A DNA stretch of 13,687 nucleotides from Candidatus Heimdallarchaeota archaeon (lineage in GTDB: Archaea > Asgardarchaeota > Heimdallarchaeia > Hodarchaeales > Hodarchaeaceae). The stretch is from the NCBI GenBank assembly GCA_019057635.1, contig DXJL01000138.1:1-13687 (forward strand). The letters are read 5' to 3'. The notes under the pieces were generated by a model. It was given only the letters and a program-made list of their open reading frames with translations, was not told where the DNA came from and did not search any database. Position numbers and translations under genes: made by a program. Shown piece after piece: positions 1 to 8,679 of the stretch (its first letter is position 1; every line of letters starts with the position of its first letter).

Positions 1-495
1 CCACAGGGGAAGCGTGTTGGTAAATCACCAGTGGATGATTATTTTAATTTGCCAAAAGAGCCACGTAGTGGTATAGGCCGCGTTATATTGTTGATGAACG
101 GAAAATTGCCAGTAGTTCCCATGTTCATCCATGGAGCAGGAACAGCATTATCTCGAGGGGGTTTCTTACCACAATACAAGGCATATATCTCTGTGTCATT
201 CGGGGATCCCCTATCCTTTGAAGAATATGAGAAGGAGGGGGGATGGAAAGAAGACGATCCTGATTTTTTCCCTATAGCGAAAAAGATTGCTACACGCGTC
301 ATGACAGCTATTAATGAGCTAATGCTTGAACAAGAGCAACAATTCTTCACAATCATTGAGAGGAAATATAAAAGGCCAATTAATCAAATTTCTGAAGATT
401 TACGCAAGGATAGGTCTTTTCAAAGATATCTCCGTAATTTGTGCAACTATTCTCCAAAAGAGTTGCAGCAAATCCTGGATCAATTAACACCTTAG
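1..495 (+). CDS. Lysophospholipid/glycerol acyltransferase (PlsC/LPLAT family), C-terminal part; 5'-truncated by the window edge
   Basis: Frame 1 is open from base 1 (PQGKRVGKSPVDDYF...), so the GTG at 31 is not the true start. PQGKR matches the LPLAT block III FPEG(T)R motif. It is followed by 'PRSGIGRVIL', 'LPVVPMFIHG' (block IV) and 'ISVSFGDPL', all typical of PlsC-like enzymes. The catalytic HxxxxD would lie upstream of the window. Confidence 0.8.
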   Translation, partial: PQGKRVGKSPVDDYFNLPKEPRSGIGRVILLMNGKLPVVPMFIHGAGTALSRGGFLPQYKAYISVSFGDPLSFEEYEKEGGWKEDDPDFFPIAKKIATRVMTAINELMLEQEQQFFTIIERKYKRPINQISEDLRKDRSFQRYLRNLCNYSPKELQQILDQLTP

Positions 496-512
496 TAAAA
501 TAGTGACTCAAA

Positions 513-1061
513 ATGCTAGAAGGACCAAACATAATTTTACGTGGACTTGAACTAAATGATGTAGATGAGCTAATGAAGCACTGGAATAACCCAGAGCATC
601 GAAGTAACATTTTAAATAAAACTCCTCAATCTAGGGAAGAGGAAGTTGAATGGATTAAATATGGATGGAAAATTAGAAGCGAGGGGAAAGGTCACATTTT
701 TGGTATCATTCATAAAGAGAATAATCGCTACATTGGACATTTAGAATTGGATATTAAAGACCAAATATCCCAGCGAGGAAGTTTGGGTGTCGTAATTTTT
801 AACACGGAATACTGGAATAAAGGATTTGGAACAGAATCAATGCGCCTGATTAGTGAGTATGCTTTCAATACCCTTAATCTTCATTCCGTAGAATTAGATT
901 TGTTCGCTGATCATCCTCAAGCCCAACGCTGTTATGAAAAAGTGGGATTCAAACTTATGGGAAGACACCGTGATGCGTATTATCATGAGGGAAAATATGT
1001 TGATTCGATAATCATGGATTTATTAAGTTCAGAATGGGATACAGGAAAAATGACTATCTAA
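513..1061 (+). CDS. GNAT family N-acetyltransferase, RimJ/RimL-like
   Basis: 182 aa. N-terminal 'IILRGLELND', acetyl-CoA-binding motif 'YWNKGFGTESM', 'AFNTLNLHSV' and 'RCYEKVGFKLMG' are standard RimJ/RimL signatures. Starts 17 bp after the acyltransferase, so likely co-transcribed. Confidence 0.92.
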   Translation: MLEGPNIILRGLELNDVDELMKHWNNPEHRSNILNKTPQSREEEVEWIKYGWKIRSEGKGHIFGIIHKENNRYIGHLELDIKDQISQRGSLGVVIFNTEYWNKGFGTESMRLISEYAFNTLNLHSVELDLFADHPQAQRCYEKVGFKLMGRHRDAYYHEGKYVDSIIMDLLSSEWDTGKMTI

Positions 1062-1321
1062 CTAAATATGGATACATGAATTATACTCAATCACATAGTT
1101 TTAATTATCCAGGAGTTCAATTTCTACTCCAATCCATTTTTTATGATATCTGCTGATACTGATGTCTTTATTCTAATGATTTTGTCACTTATAAGATTTA
1201 TAGGTTGGTAACATTCCTAGATTTCTATTTTAATTATAAGAATAGCCGGTTTATTATGATTACTGTCACCTTTGTATTATTCTCCTTTCTTCCTTTACTT
1301 CATGTATTGAAATCCGTGGTT

Positions 1322-2551
1322 CTATACTATCTGTTGCGTAATGACATCAACTAATATCGCTCCTGCGATAGCAGTGGAATTTTTTAAGCCAGAAATGTCT
1401 ACTTTATCTGGAGTATCAAATGCTGTATGCATATAGCTCGGAGCGGTAAATTGAGCCAAACCAAATGTTGGGATTTTCCGGTGTGCAAAATGAACCGCAT
1501 CTGTTCCATGAGGAGGGCGTAAACTCATTTTAATGTCAAAACCTCTCGATTCAACAAAGTCAACAATATGATTATGCATTGGTATACTGTTGGAAGTAAA
1601 TGCACCTCTTACCCCTCCTTTAATATTTGTACAGTCATAATTACACATTAAGGACACATTAGGGGTTTTATCACTATCAATGTAATCCTTTACATAAGCT
1701 TCAGAACCAAGAATTCCTAGTTCTTCCCCTGAAAAGAAAATAAAGCGTAAAGAATTTGGTAAACTATCTAAAATAGGTGATTTACTGATCGTTTCAGCTA
1801 ATCCTAAGACAGTAGAAATACCTGTACCATTATCAAAAGCTCCTGGACCTATATCCCATGTATCATAGTGAGCACCAGATATCACCATATTATCAGATTT
1901 ACCATATAAATCTCCTATTATATTATAAGATGACTTATTTACCTTTTTTCCTTTTATTGAAAGAGTAATAGCACCTTTTCCCCGTTTCTGCATCCTATCT
2001 ATTAATTTTCCTGTTTCATATGAACAGGATAAAGCTGGTATTTCAGTGAAATCATTTCCTATACTACCTGTCTCCAAAACTCCTCCTAATGTACTTGACA
2101 TTTGAATGAAACCAATTGCTCCTCCTTCAACAGCTTTTTTGAACATGTCCTTCCTACTCATACCCCCATGACGCTGTTTAGTAGGTGTTGCAAGAAGAAT
2201 CTTTCCTTGGAAGCTTGCACGTTCGAAGGATTTTTCAGAGGGATTATCAAGGATATAACACTCACCTGAAAGGTCTTCAGATTTAGAAAAATGAAATGGA
2301 ATAGCAGCTAACGATTTCTTATCTAGAAAGAACTCTGCTATTTCTTTCTCCCAACAAGGATGTTCAAAACGGTGTGTATGAGTTTCTAACCCATATTCCT
2401 CAAGTTTCTTTTTGATGTACTCACCAGCTAGATGAGCTGACTCACTTCCAGCAGGACGAGAACCAATTGTATCACAAATATAATTCAAATTTTGTGACAC
2501 ATCTGTAGAACTCCAAATGCTTCCAATAACATCACCTATGTTATCTCTCAT
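1322..2551 (-). CDS. M28 family metallopeptidase with PA-type insert (paralog B), no signal peptide
   Basis: 409 aa. 'IGSRPAGS' start motif; co-catalytic zinc ligands GAHYDTW, GAFDNGTG, SGEELG, NYDC and YMHTAFDT. PA-like insert 'FQGKILL...AVEGGAIGFI...IPALSCSYETG'. Confidence 0.93.
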   Translation of the reverse strand: MRDNIGDVIGSIWSSTDVSQNLNYICDTIGSRPAGSESAHLAGEYIKKKLEEYGLETHTHRFEHPCWEKEIAEFFLDKKSLAAIPFHFSKSEDLSGECYILDNPSEKSFERASFQGKILLATPTKQRHGGMSRKDMFKKAVEGGAIGFIQMSSTLGGVLETGSIGNDFTEIPALSCSYETGKLIDRMQKRGKGAITLSIKGKKVNKSSYNIIGDLYGKSDNMVISGAHYDTWDIGPGAFDNGTGISTVLGLAETISKSPILDSLPNSLRFIFFSGEELGILGSEAYVKDYIDSDKTPNVSLMCNYDCTNIKGGVRGAFTSNSIPMHNHIVDFVESRGFDIKMSLRPPHGTDAVHFAHRKIPTFGLAQFTAPSYMHTAFDTPDKVDISGLKNSTAIAGAILVDVITQQIV

Positions 2552-2566
2552 TTCACTTCACTCTTT

Positions 2567-3787
2567 TCAGGTATATTTTTGTCGAATAATCTCCCCTAAT
2601 ACTGCTCCTGCAATTGCAGTTGAATTTTTCAACGAATCTTCTGTCAATTTCTCCGGGGTATCAAAGGCTGTATGCATGTAGGATGGTTTTGTCTTATCAA
2701 TTTGTTCTAAACTTACGACTGGAATTTTCGATAGATAAAAAGGAAAACCATCTGTTCCAAATGGGGGACGAGTGTTGATAGTGGAATCAAAATTAAAATA
2801 CTCGAGTAGATGACCTAAAGTATCATTAATTGCATTAGAATTGGAAACAGAAATAGTTCTCTGTCCTCTCGGATAAGCTGTACAATCAAAATTGACCATA
2901 AGAGGAACTGAAACTTCTCTTGACTCAACAATCTCCTTTTTGTAAGCCGTAGATCCTTTGAATCCTAATTCCTCTGCACTGAACGCGATAAACTGAAGAT
3001 TAACTTTGAGTTGCTCTAGTTGTGAGTATACTTCAGCGAGTTTGAGTAAGGTTGCTATACCAGTCCCATTGTCAAATGCGCCAGGACCATTTTCCCAAGT
3101 ATCATAATGAGCTCCTAGGATAATTGTCTCATCTGATCCAGTATTAATATTTCCTATAACATTTTTTCCAATGGCTAACCCAACTTTTCCTTTTACATTA
3201 ATTGTAACCGTAACTCCACCTTGTTGGGACTTTCTTCTCAAAAAATGCCCTGCTTCATAAGAAATACAAACTGCAGGAATTTCAGCTATTCCCTTGGTCG
3301 AGATAATTCCTGTTTCCACTATACCACCAGGAGTTTTAGCAACTTGAATATACGCGATTGCACCACCTTCGACAGCTTTCTTAAGAATTTCTGTTCTATG
3401 CATTCCCATTCCATGGGATGCTTCAGCAAGAAGAAGTTTCCCGTCAAATCGAGCATGTTCAAAAGCTTTTTTAGAGGGATTTGCAATGTAATAACAATCA
3501 CCTGACAGCTGACCATTACCTGAAAGATTGAATGGTATTGCAGGGAATGTTTGGTTTTCAATAGCAAAAGAAAATTCTTCTGGTGACCAAGAATTGTGAG
3601 TAAATTCATGAGTGGACGTTATTAGATTACCAATTTCAAATTCTGTTTGAATGAAGTCTGCAGCTTGATCAGCTGCATCTGAACCTGATGGTCGGGGGCC
3701 GATTTTGTCACATAAATGAATGATTGGTGAAAGGATTTGTTTTGATGCCCAAATTTCACTTATCACACCTTTTACAATATTTGTCAT
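2567..3787 (-). CDS. M28 family metallopeptidase with PA-type insert (paralog A), no signal peptide
   Basis: 406 aa. 'IGPRPSGS', GAHYDTW, GAFDNGTG, SAEELG, NFDC and YMHTAFDT motifs. Collinear with 1322..2551 over its whole length, separated by a 15-bp gap. Confidence 0.93.
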   Translation of the reverse strand: MTNIVKGVISEIWASKQILSPIIHLCDKIGPRPSGSDAADQAADFIQTEFEIGNLITSTHEFTHNSWSPEEFSFAIENQTFPAIPFNLSGNGQLSGDCYYIANPSKKAFEHARFDGKLLLAEASHGMGMHRTEILKKAVEGGAIAYIQVAKTPGGIVETGIISTKGIAEIPAVCISYEAGHFLRRKSQQGGVTVTINVKGKVGLAIGKNVIGNINTGSDETIILGAHYDTWENGPGAFDNGTGIATLLKLAEVYSQLEQLKVNLQFIAFSAEELGFKGSTAYKKEIVESREVSVPLMVNFDCTAYPRGQRTISVSNSNAINDTLGHLLEYFNFDSTINTRPPFGTDGFPFYLSKIPVVSLEQIDKTKPSYMHTAFDTPEKLTEDSLKNSTAIAGAVLGEIIRQKYT

Positions 3788-3817
3788 TGCGGTTCACAAA
3801 GATCCTTTGAACAGTCT

Positions 3818-5230
3818 TTATCCCATCATTGGAGGCATTTTCATACTTGTTTTCTTTGGTTTACTAGAATTAACAGCTATATCAGAGAAAACTACAGAAG
3901 GGGATACTACGGATTCCATCATCTTAGAATCATTACCTACGGCGATGATTTTCTTTAACCATTGCAATCCATTTCCAGCCATGGAAACTCCAATAACTGG
4001 ACTAATTATTTCTCCATTTTTAATCCTGAGAACACGAGTTGGAAATATTGTGAAATCTGTTGTCATTGGATTCCCAAGAAAGATACCAGCTGGATAACCA
4101 ATCAAAATTCCATTATCGGTTTGAGAGATTAACTCAGCTTGGGTTTTCTCCCCTTCACCGATCACTCTATCACGTGCTCCAATCGTAGGGAGAGAGGTAT
4201 ATGATCTTGCACCATGGCCAATTCCTCGTAAAGCATTACCCGTGGGTTCTACACCAGCTTTCTTAGCACTCGAATAATCAAAAAGAAAATTCGTGAGAAT
4301 TCCGTTTTTAATAATTGGGGTAGTGGAACTAGGTGTACCTTCATCATCTACTGGGGCGGCTTTAATTCCTCCATCCAGAAGACCGTCGTCAATGAGTGTT
4401 AGAGCTTTTGATCCGACCTGAGTTCCTAAGTCATTTAATGTCAAAATACTTCGATTAGTTAATGCTAAATTCCCCTTGAAGATTACTCTGCTTATACCAA
4501 TAAAAAAGATAGCAGCGGCAAAGGGTTCCATAATAACATCCATGTTTCCTCCCTGCACTGGTGTACTCTGTTGAAACATGTCTACTGTTCTCTGAGCAGC
4601 ATCTAAAGCCAAATTTTCAAAATCATAGGAGAGTTTTATTCCACCTGTAAATGAATTTTCAGAGAACCGATTTTCCCCATAGGAACCCACAGCAGAAAAA
4701 CTAGCAGTATAGCTTCCACGATTATAAGAATAATTTAAGCCTGAAGAATTAGATATTGCACGTTTGCCAAATTTGACTTGAAAGCTACCTTGAACATTAC
4801 TGAGGTTTTTATCAAGATCAAGTGCACTCCTTCGTGCGTCTACAAGTGAAGAAATTATTTCTTCAACCTGAATATTTTTCAAATCATCTAATCTCGGCTT
4901 GAATGCTGGAATATGACCCTCTAAAGGAAATCCAGAAAAGTCAGGATCATCTTCACGTATTTTTGCAATCCTAATCGCCTCCAGGATTTCTGTTTCAGCA
5001 TTTTGTAAATCAAGAGAAGATGAAGAAGTAAAAGCCCATTTTTTTCCAATGGCAACTCTTACTCCAATACCTGCAGTTACACTCGAGTTAGTGTCAATGG
5101 CTTCCCCATCGTGACTGATAGATATCCGTTTTTCTTTTACACAAAATATTTCAGTTTGTTCTGCACCATTAGCTAATCCATAGCGTACAAGCTTTTCAGT
5201 AATATTCGGTAGTTGTTCATAATCACTCAT
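3818..5230 (-). CDS. pmbA: TldE/PmbA family protein (non-catalytic subunit of the TldD/E protease)
   Basis: 470 aa. 'GAEQTEIF', 'GIGVRVAIG', 'ISNSSG', 'PVDDEGTP', 'IIKNGILTNFL' and 'PTGNALR'. No HExxGH motif. Start overlaps the tldD stop (ATGA, 5227-5230). Confidence 0.9.
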   Translation of the reverse strand: MSDYEQLPNITEKLVRYGLANGAEQTEIFCVKEKRISISHDGEAIDTNSSVTAGIGVRVAIGKKWAFTSSSSLDLQNAETEILEAIRIAKIREDDPDFSGFPLEGHIPAFKPRLDDLKNIQVEEIISSLVDARRSALDLDKNLSNVQGSFQVKFGKRAISNSSGLNYSYNRGSYTASFSAVGSYGENRFSENSFTGGIKLSYDFENLALDAAQRTVDMFQQSTPVQGGNMDVIMEPFAAAIFFIGISRVIFKGNLALTNRSILTLNDLGTQVGSKALTLIDDGLLDGGIKAAPVDDEGTPSSTTPIIKNGILTNFLFDYSSAKKAGVEPTGNALRGIGHGARSYTSLPTIGARDRVIGEGEKTQAELISQTDNGILIGYPAGIFLGNPMTTDFTIFPTRVLRIKNGEIISPVIGVSMAGNGLQWLKKIIAVGNDSKMMESVVSPSVVFSDIAVNSSKPKKTSMKMPPMMG

Positions 5231-6681
5231 TTCATCATCCCCATCATGGGCATCCTAGGTTGTGCTATTGAGGTAACCGAAATGTCCCTAAATCGTATAT
5301 ATGTTCCCCCTAATCCAACAAGTGCCCTTTGACCCCCCTTTCCACATCCTCCAAAACCACAGTCCACCTCTAAACTAAAATCACGACCCACAGCATCTAT
5401 TTTCTTTAGGTAATCTAGAATATTTCCATTGAGTGTAACACTCGAAATAATATCAGTAAGTTCTCCTCTCTCAATTAGATATCCAACTTGACTCCGAAAT
5501 GAGAACTTACCAGTAGTTCCTGACTCTCCTCCTGCATGTCCCTTCAAAAACAGTCCATTTGTAACATCTTCCACCATTTCATCAAATGAATGGTCATGTG
5601 GGAGGAAGGAAGTATTACTCATTCGAACAATGGGTGGATAACCATAATCTGAGGCCCTACTACTTCCAGTACTTACCGATCCAAGTTTATAAGCGTTTTT
5701 TCGATCAGACATATAACTTTCTAAAATACCTTTGTTGAGAATGATGTTTTGTTTGCCAATTACACCTTCATCATCAAGAAGATTCCATGCTCCTTGCTGA
5801 AGTGTTGGATCATCTATTATGGAGACAAAATCAGGAGCTAAACGCTCTCCTAATCTGTCAGTAAGCGCTGATGCACGTGTTGTGATAGCATCCGCTTCAG
5901 TCATGTGGCCAAAAGATTCATGTGCGAGAAGTCCTGCAAAAGCGGGATCTATGATAACGTCATATCGACCTGAATTGATAGATTTACCCTCTATCATCAT
6001 ACTAACTGTTTTTCCTATTTCTTCTGCCAAGTTACCTTTTTCTAAGAGTGTGTACAGATCTCGGATACCAAAGGTACCTCCCTTACGATCAGCATAAGTC
6101 TGGAATTTTCCCATCTTCCTCATTGTCGCATCTCCCTTATAACCAACCCCATCAACGATGAATGTCACATCAGAACCCTCCGTTGTTATTATGTGCTTAT
6201 ATTGAATTGTTCCTGCCAAACCACAGCTTGCAGAAGAAACATCCTCTTGCTTTATTTCATCTACATGTGCTAGGGCATAATCCTTAACGTCTTTCAAGTC
6301 TGTTGAGAATATTGAATCTTTTGATGTATGAACTAAATGTTGGGTTTCTATTGGTTGCCCTGCAAAATGGACTTCATCATTGGAAGAGAGACTCGCGAGA
6401 GTACGACTACTTTGGTTAGCTTCCTCAATGATTTCACTAAGACTCCCTTTGGAAATATTGCTCGTAGATACAAACGCGAGTGGTGCTCCCTTCTCTGATT
6501 GAACTCGAATACCAATTCCAGTTTCAACGCTTCGTGTAATTTCCGCAATTTTTGAATCCCGAGCAATCAATTTCAATTCGAGTTGTTTGGTATATCTAAT
6601 ATCTCCATAATAGACATTTCTCTGATTCAATGCAGTAATTGCATAATCCATAAACTCTATGTAATCATTTGTAACTTCCAT
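5227..6681 (-). CDS. tldD: TldD family zinc metalloprotease (catalytic subunit)
   Basis: 484 aa. 'YGDIRY', 'GIGIRV', catalytic 'LAHESFGHMTEAD' (5905-5922), 'DDEG', 'PIVRMSNT' and C-terminal Cys ligand motif 'GGCGKGGQ'. Confidence 0.94.
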   Translation of the reverse strand: MEVTNDYIEFMDYAITALNQRNVYYGDIRYTKQLELKLIARDSKIAEITRSVETGIGIRVQSEKGAPLAFVSTSNISKGSLSEIIEEANQSSRTLASLSSNDEVHFAGQPIETQHLVHTSKDSIFSTDLKDVKDYALAHVDEIKQEDVSSASCGLAGTIQYKHIITTEGSDVTFIVDGVGYKGDATMRKMGKFQTYADRKGGTFGIRDLYTLLEKGNLAEEIGKTVSMMIEGKSINSGRYDVIIDPAFAGLLAHESFGHMTEADAITTRASALTDRLGERLAPDFVSIIDDPTLQQGAWNLLDDEGVIGKQNIILNKGILESYMSDRKNAYKLGSVSTGSSRASDYGYPPIVRMSNTSFLPHDHSFDEMVEDVTNGLFLKGHAGGESGTTGKFSFRSQVGYLIERGELTDIISSVTLNGNILDYLKKIDAVGRDFSLEVDCGFGGCGKGGQRALVGLGGTYIRFRDISVTSIAQPRMPMMGMMK

Positions 6682-6715
6682 TGGTTATTTCTCTCTGTTA
6701 GGGGGGAATTATTAT

Positions 6716-8455
6716 TCAATCACGTTTAATAACGAATTTTCTACCTTCAACACGCCATTTGAGTGACAGTTGTCTAATCATGTTTAGAACATCAAATGAA
6801 GCTTTGTTGAAATTAGTACTACTTTGTGCCCAACCCGAACTTTCACCAAAAGATGAATATGGATTAACTTGTGCAAAAACTTTCATTGTTTGAACATTAG
6901 GTTCTTCAATGCTCCACATTGATATTAAAGCATAAGTTCCCTCTGCAGAAAAAACTGCAACATCTAATTTAAAAGATCTTTTTATCCTATCACCCTCAAT
7001 ACTCTGAGTTTGTACAGGCCATTTACGTTTAACCTTGAAAAACGTGGGTACATCTATTCTAGTTTGAATGTAGCTAGCATAATCATCAAAATCTTGTGGT
7101 TCAAGCGTAATGGGGATTTCTTCTTCGTCAAATGTGTATTGTTGAGTCAACATTTCCCCGAGTCCAGGTTTCCAAGATCTTTTCAGACTTGGAACGACAG
7201 CGGTTGAAGCTTTCCGTGAAGGATAGATTGCGGAGAGTACACTTAATATGACTGCTATTAAGATTGTTAGGAATAACCAGTTAAAATCATATTTTTCGGG
7301 AGTAATACTGGTTTGAAAACCAAGGATAATACCTGTAAGAGAAAATAAAATTGCACCAATATATCCCAAAGTTCCGCCAATAGCACCAAAAATCATACTT
7401 TCAAACATGAAATTATATTTAATATGACTAGGATTAGCACCTACGCTAGACCAAACTTCAATATCTTTCATACGTGCAGAAATCGCCCCAAGTAGGGTAT
7501 TTAAAATTATTAAACCAGCGATGATTAATACAAAGATCATAAAGGTGAATCCTCTTACAGAAATCTGTGTATCAACGGAATACTTCCGTCGCTCAAAACC
7601 ATCTATTACTGTAATTTCTCTAGTCTGACCAACTTTGATCGGAAGTAATTGTTGGATTAACTCAAGATGTTCTGTATCAGATTCATAGCTTACTTGAATT
7701 TCGTTATAGGCATTGTCAGTAATGAAACCTTCATTTATTGCGGGTAATAATCGCCAAAGTGACTGGAAAGACATGAATGCCACGTTAGCGCTCGGAATTG
7801 GTTGATGGGTCCCCGACTCAACATCTTCAGGAAGAATCCAATTTCCAGTGAAATCAGTGAATGTGTAAAGAATAGAAGCATCAATAATCCCTGATATATT
7901 ATAAAAATCTGTTTGAATGGTAACCTGATCCCCTATTTGTAGTTGTAGATCATTAGCTAAGTCATCAGAAATACAGATGTCATTCTCAGTTTGAGGTAAT
8001 TCCCCCACACTTAAGACATGGGAAAGGTTCGAGATTTCATTTTCTAATGTAAAATTACTCGCAAAAGGAAATAAGATGGAGCGTAGGATATCTGAGCTGT
8101 TTTTTATAATTAACTGGTTGTAGCTTAAACGTCCCATTAAGCGAATGCGAGGAATACTGGAGGTTATACTCGTGATTGTCTTCAATTGATCAAAATCGTC
8201 CTGATTAAAGAAATGGCCATAATCATGAATTACCATACCTTCTCCAGAACTTGTGTATGTGTACTCGGAAACACTAATTGAAGCACTAGATACAATTGAA
8301 ACAGAAAGCAAGAAACTAAACATAGCTACAAATATCGTTAGTATTGTAAGAATCGTATTTCTGCGCTGGCGTGAAAGATTGCGTACAGATATATTTAACA
8401 TAAATCCAGCTGTAGAACCTAACAAGGTTTCAATGCTCTTCTGGAAATTAACCAT
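6716..8455 (-). CDS. FtsX/MacB-like ABC transporter permease with large extracytoplasmic domain and extra C-terminal soluble domain
   Basis: 579 aa. 'SVRNLSRQRRNTILTILTIFVA' precedes TM1. A ~250-aa soluble domain carries 'GELPQTENDICISDDLANDLQLQIGDQV' (MacB-like periplasmic core). FtsX domain 'ILNTLLGAISARMKDIEVWSSVGANPSHIKYNFMFE' is followed by further TMs and 'YPSRKAS'. GGAGA lies upstream of the ATG. Confidence 0.88.
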   Translation of the reverse strand: MVNFQKSIETLLGSTAGFMLNISVRNLSRQRRNTILTILTIFVAMFSFLLSVSIVSSASISVSEYTYTSSGEGMVIHDYGHFFNQDDFDQLKTITSITSSIPRIRLMGRLSYNQLIIKNSSDILRSILFPFASNFTLENEISNLSHVLSVGELPQTENDICISDDLANDLQLQIGDQVTIQTDFYNISGIIDASILYTFTDFTGNWILPEDVESGTHQPIPSANVAFMSFQSLWRLLPAINEGFITDNAYNEIQVSYESDTEHLELIQQLLPIKVGQTREITVIDGFERRKYSVDTQISVRGFTFMIFVLIIAGLIILNTLLGAISARMKDIEVWSSVGANPSHIKYNFMFESMIFGAIGGTLGYIGAILFSLTGIILGFQTSITPEKYDFNWLFLTILIAVILSVLSAIYPSRKASTAVVPSLKRSWKPGLGEMLTQQYTFDEEEIPITLEPQDFDDYASYIQTRIDVPTFFKVKRKWPVQTQSIEGDRIKRSFKLDVAVFSAEGTYALISMWSIEEPNVQTMKVFAQVNPYSSFGESSGWAQSSTNFNKASFDVLNMIRQLSLKWRVEGRKFVIKRD

Positions 8456-8602
8456 AAATCTATCTCCGCAAATGAAGGCTAAATTATATATTGATATATT
8501 TTATGATGATAAAGAAAATTTCCTTAGATAATATTCTATATTTGCTAAATTAAATCCGAGTACTGTTAAACATGCAAATCTCCCTACCAAATTACTAAAG
8601 GA

Positions 8603-8638
8603 TATGGACTTATCCATAGATGAAAAAGGAGTTATCCT
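8603..8638. promoter_or_regulatory. Candidate tandem operator: two GGA-N4-TCC palindromes
   Basis: TATGGA-ctta-TCCATA (8603-8618) and AGGA-gtta-TCCT (8627-8638). The shared core GGASTTATCC lies at 8606-8615 and 8628-8637, 22 bp apart, near the middle of the divergent intergenic region. Confidence 0.4.
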
Positions 8639-8671
8639 CATTTTTTTTACGATAAATTTGGTGAGATTTAC

Positions 8672-8679
8672 TTTAAATA
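8672..8679 (+). promoter_or_regulatory. Possible archaeal TATA box upstream of the OPT gene
   Basis: TTTAAATA matches the archaeal TTTAWATA consensus, about 130 bp upstream of the OPT start. The region is AT-rich, so a chance match is possible. Confidence 0.3.

Noticed and set aside
39-610. Minus-strand ORFs 39..356 and 380..610
   Set aside because: Antisense shadows of the acyltransferase and GNAT genes, with no recognisable motifs.
513-1061. GNAT as a tailoring enzyme of the TldD/E peptide system
   Set aside because: It is convergent with the peptidase arm, 260 bp away, and tightly linked to the acyltransferase instead. Nothing in the sequence ties it to the locus.
1062-1321. 260-bp convergent intergenic region as a precursor peptide (e.g. 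26-aa ORF 1076..1156), ncRNA or gene remnant
   Set aside because: Only short ORFs without ribosome-binding sites or RiPP-like composition. I saw no stable hairpin, repeat or tRNA-like structure.
3221-8531. Short ORFs 3221..3505, 3319..3609, 3720..4097, 5819..6097, 6348..6566, 7010..7207 and 8253..8531
   Set aside because: All lie within or largely overlap well-supported genes, antisense or out of frame, and show no family signatures.
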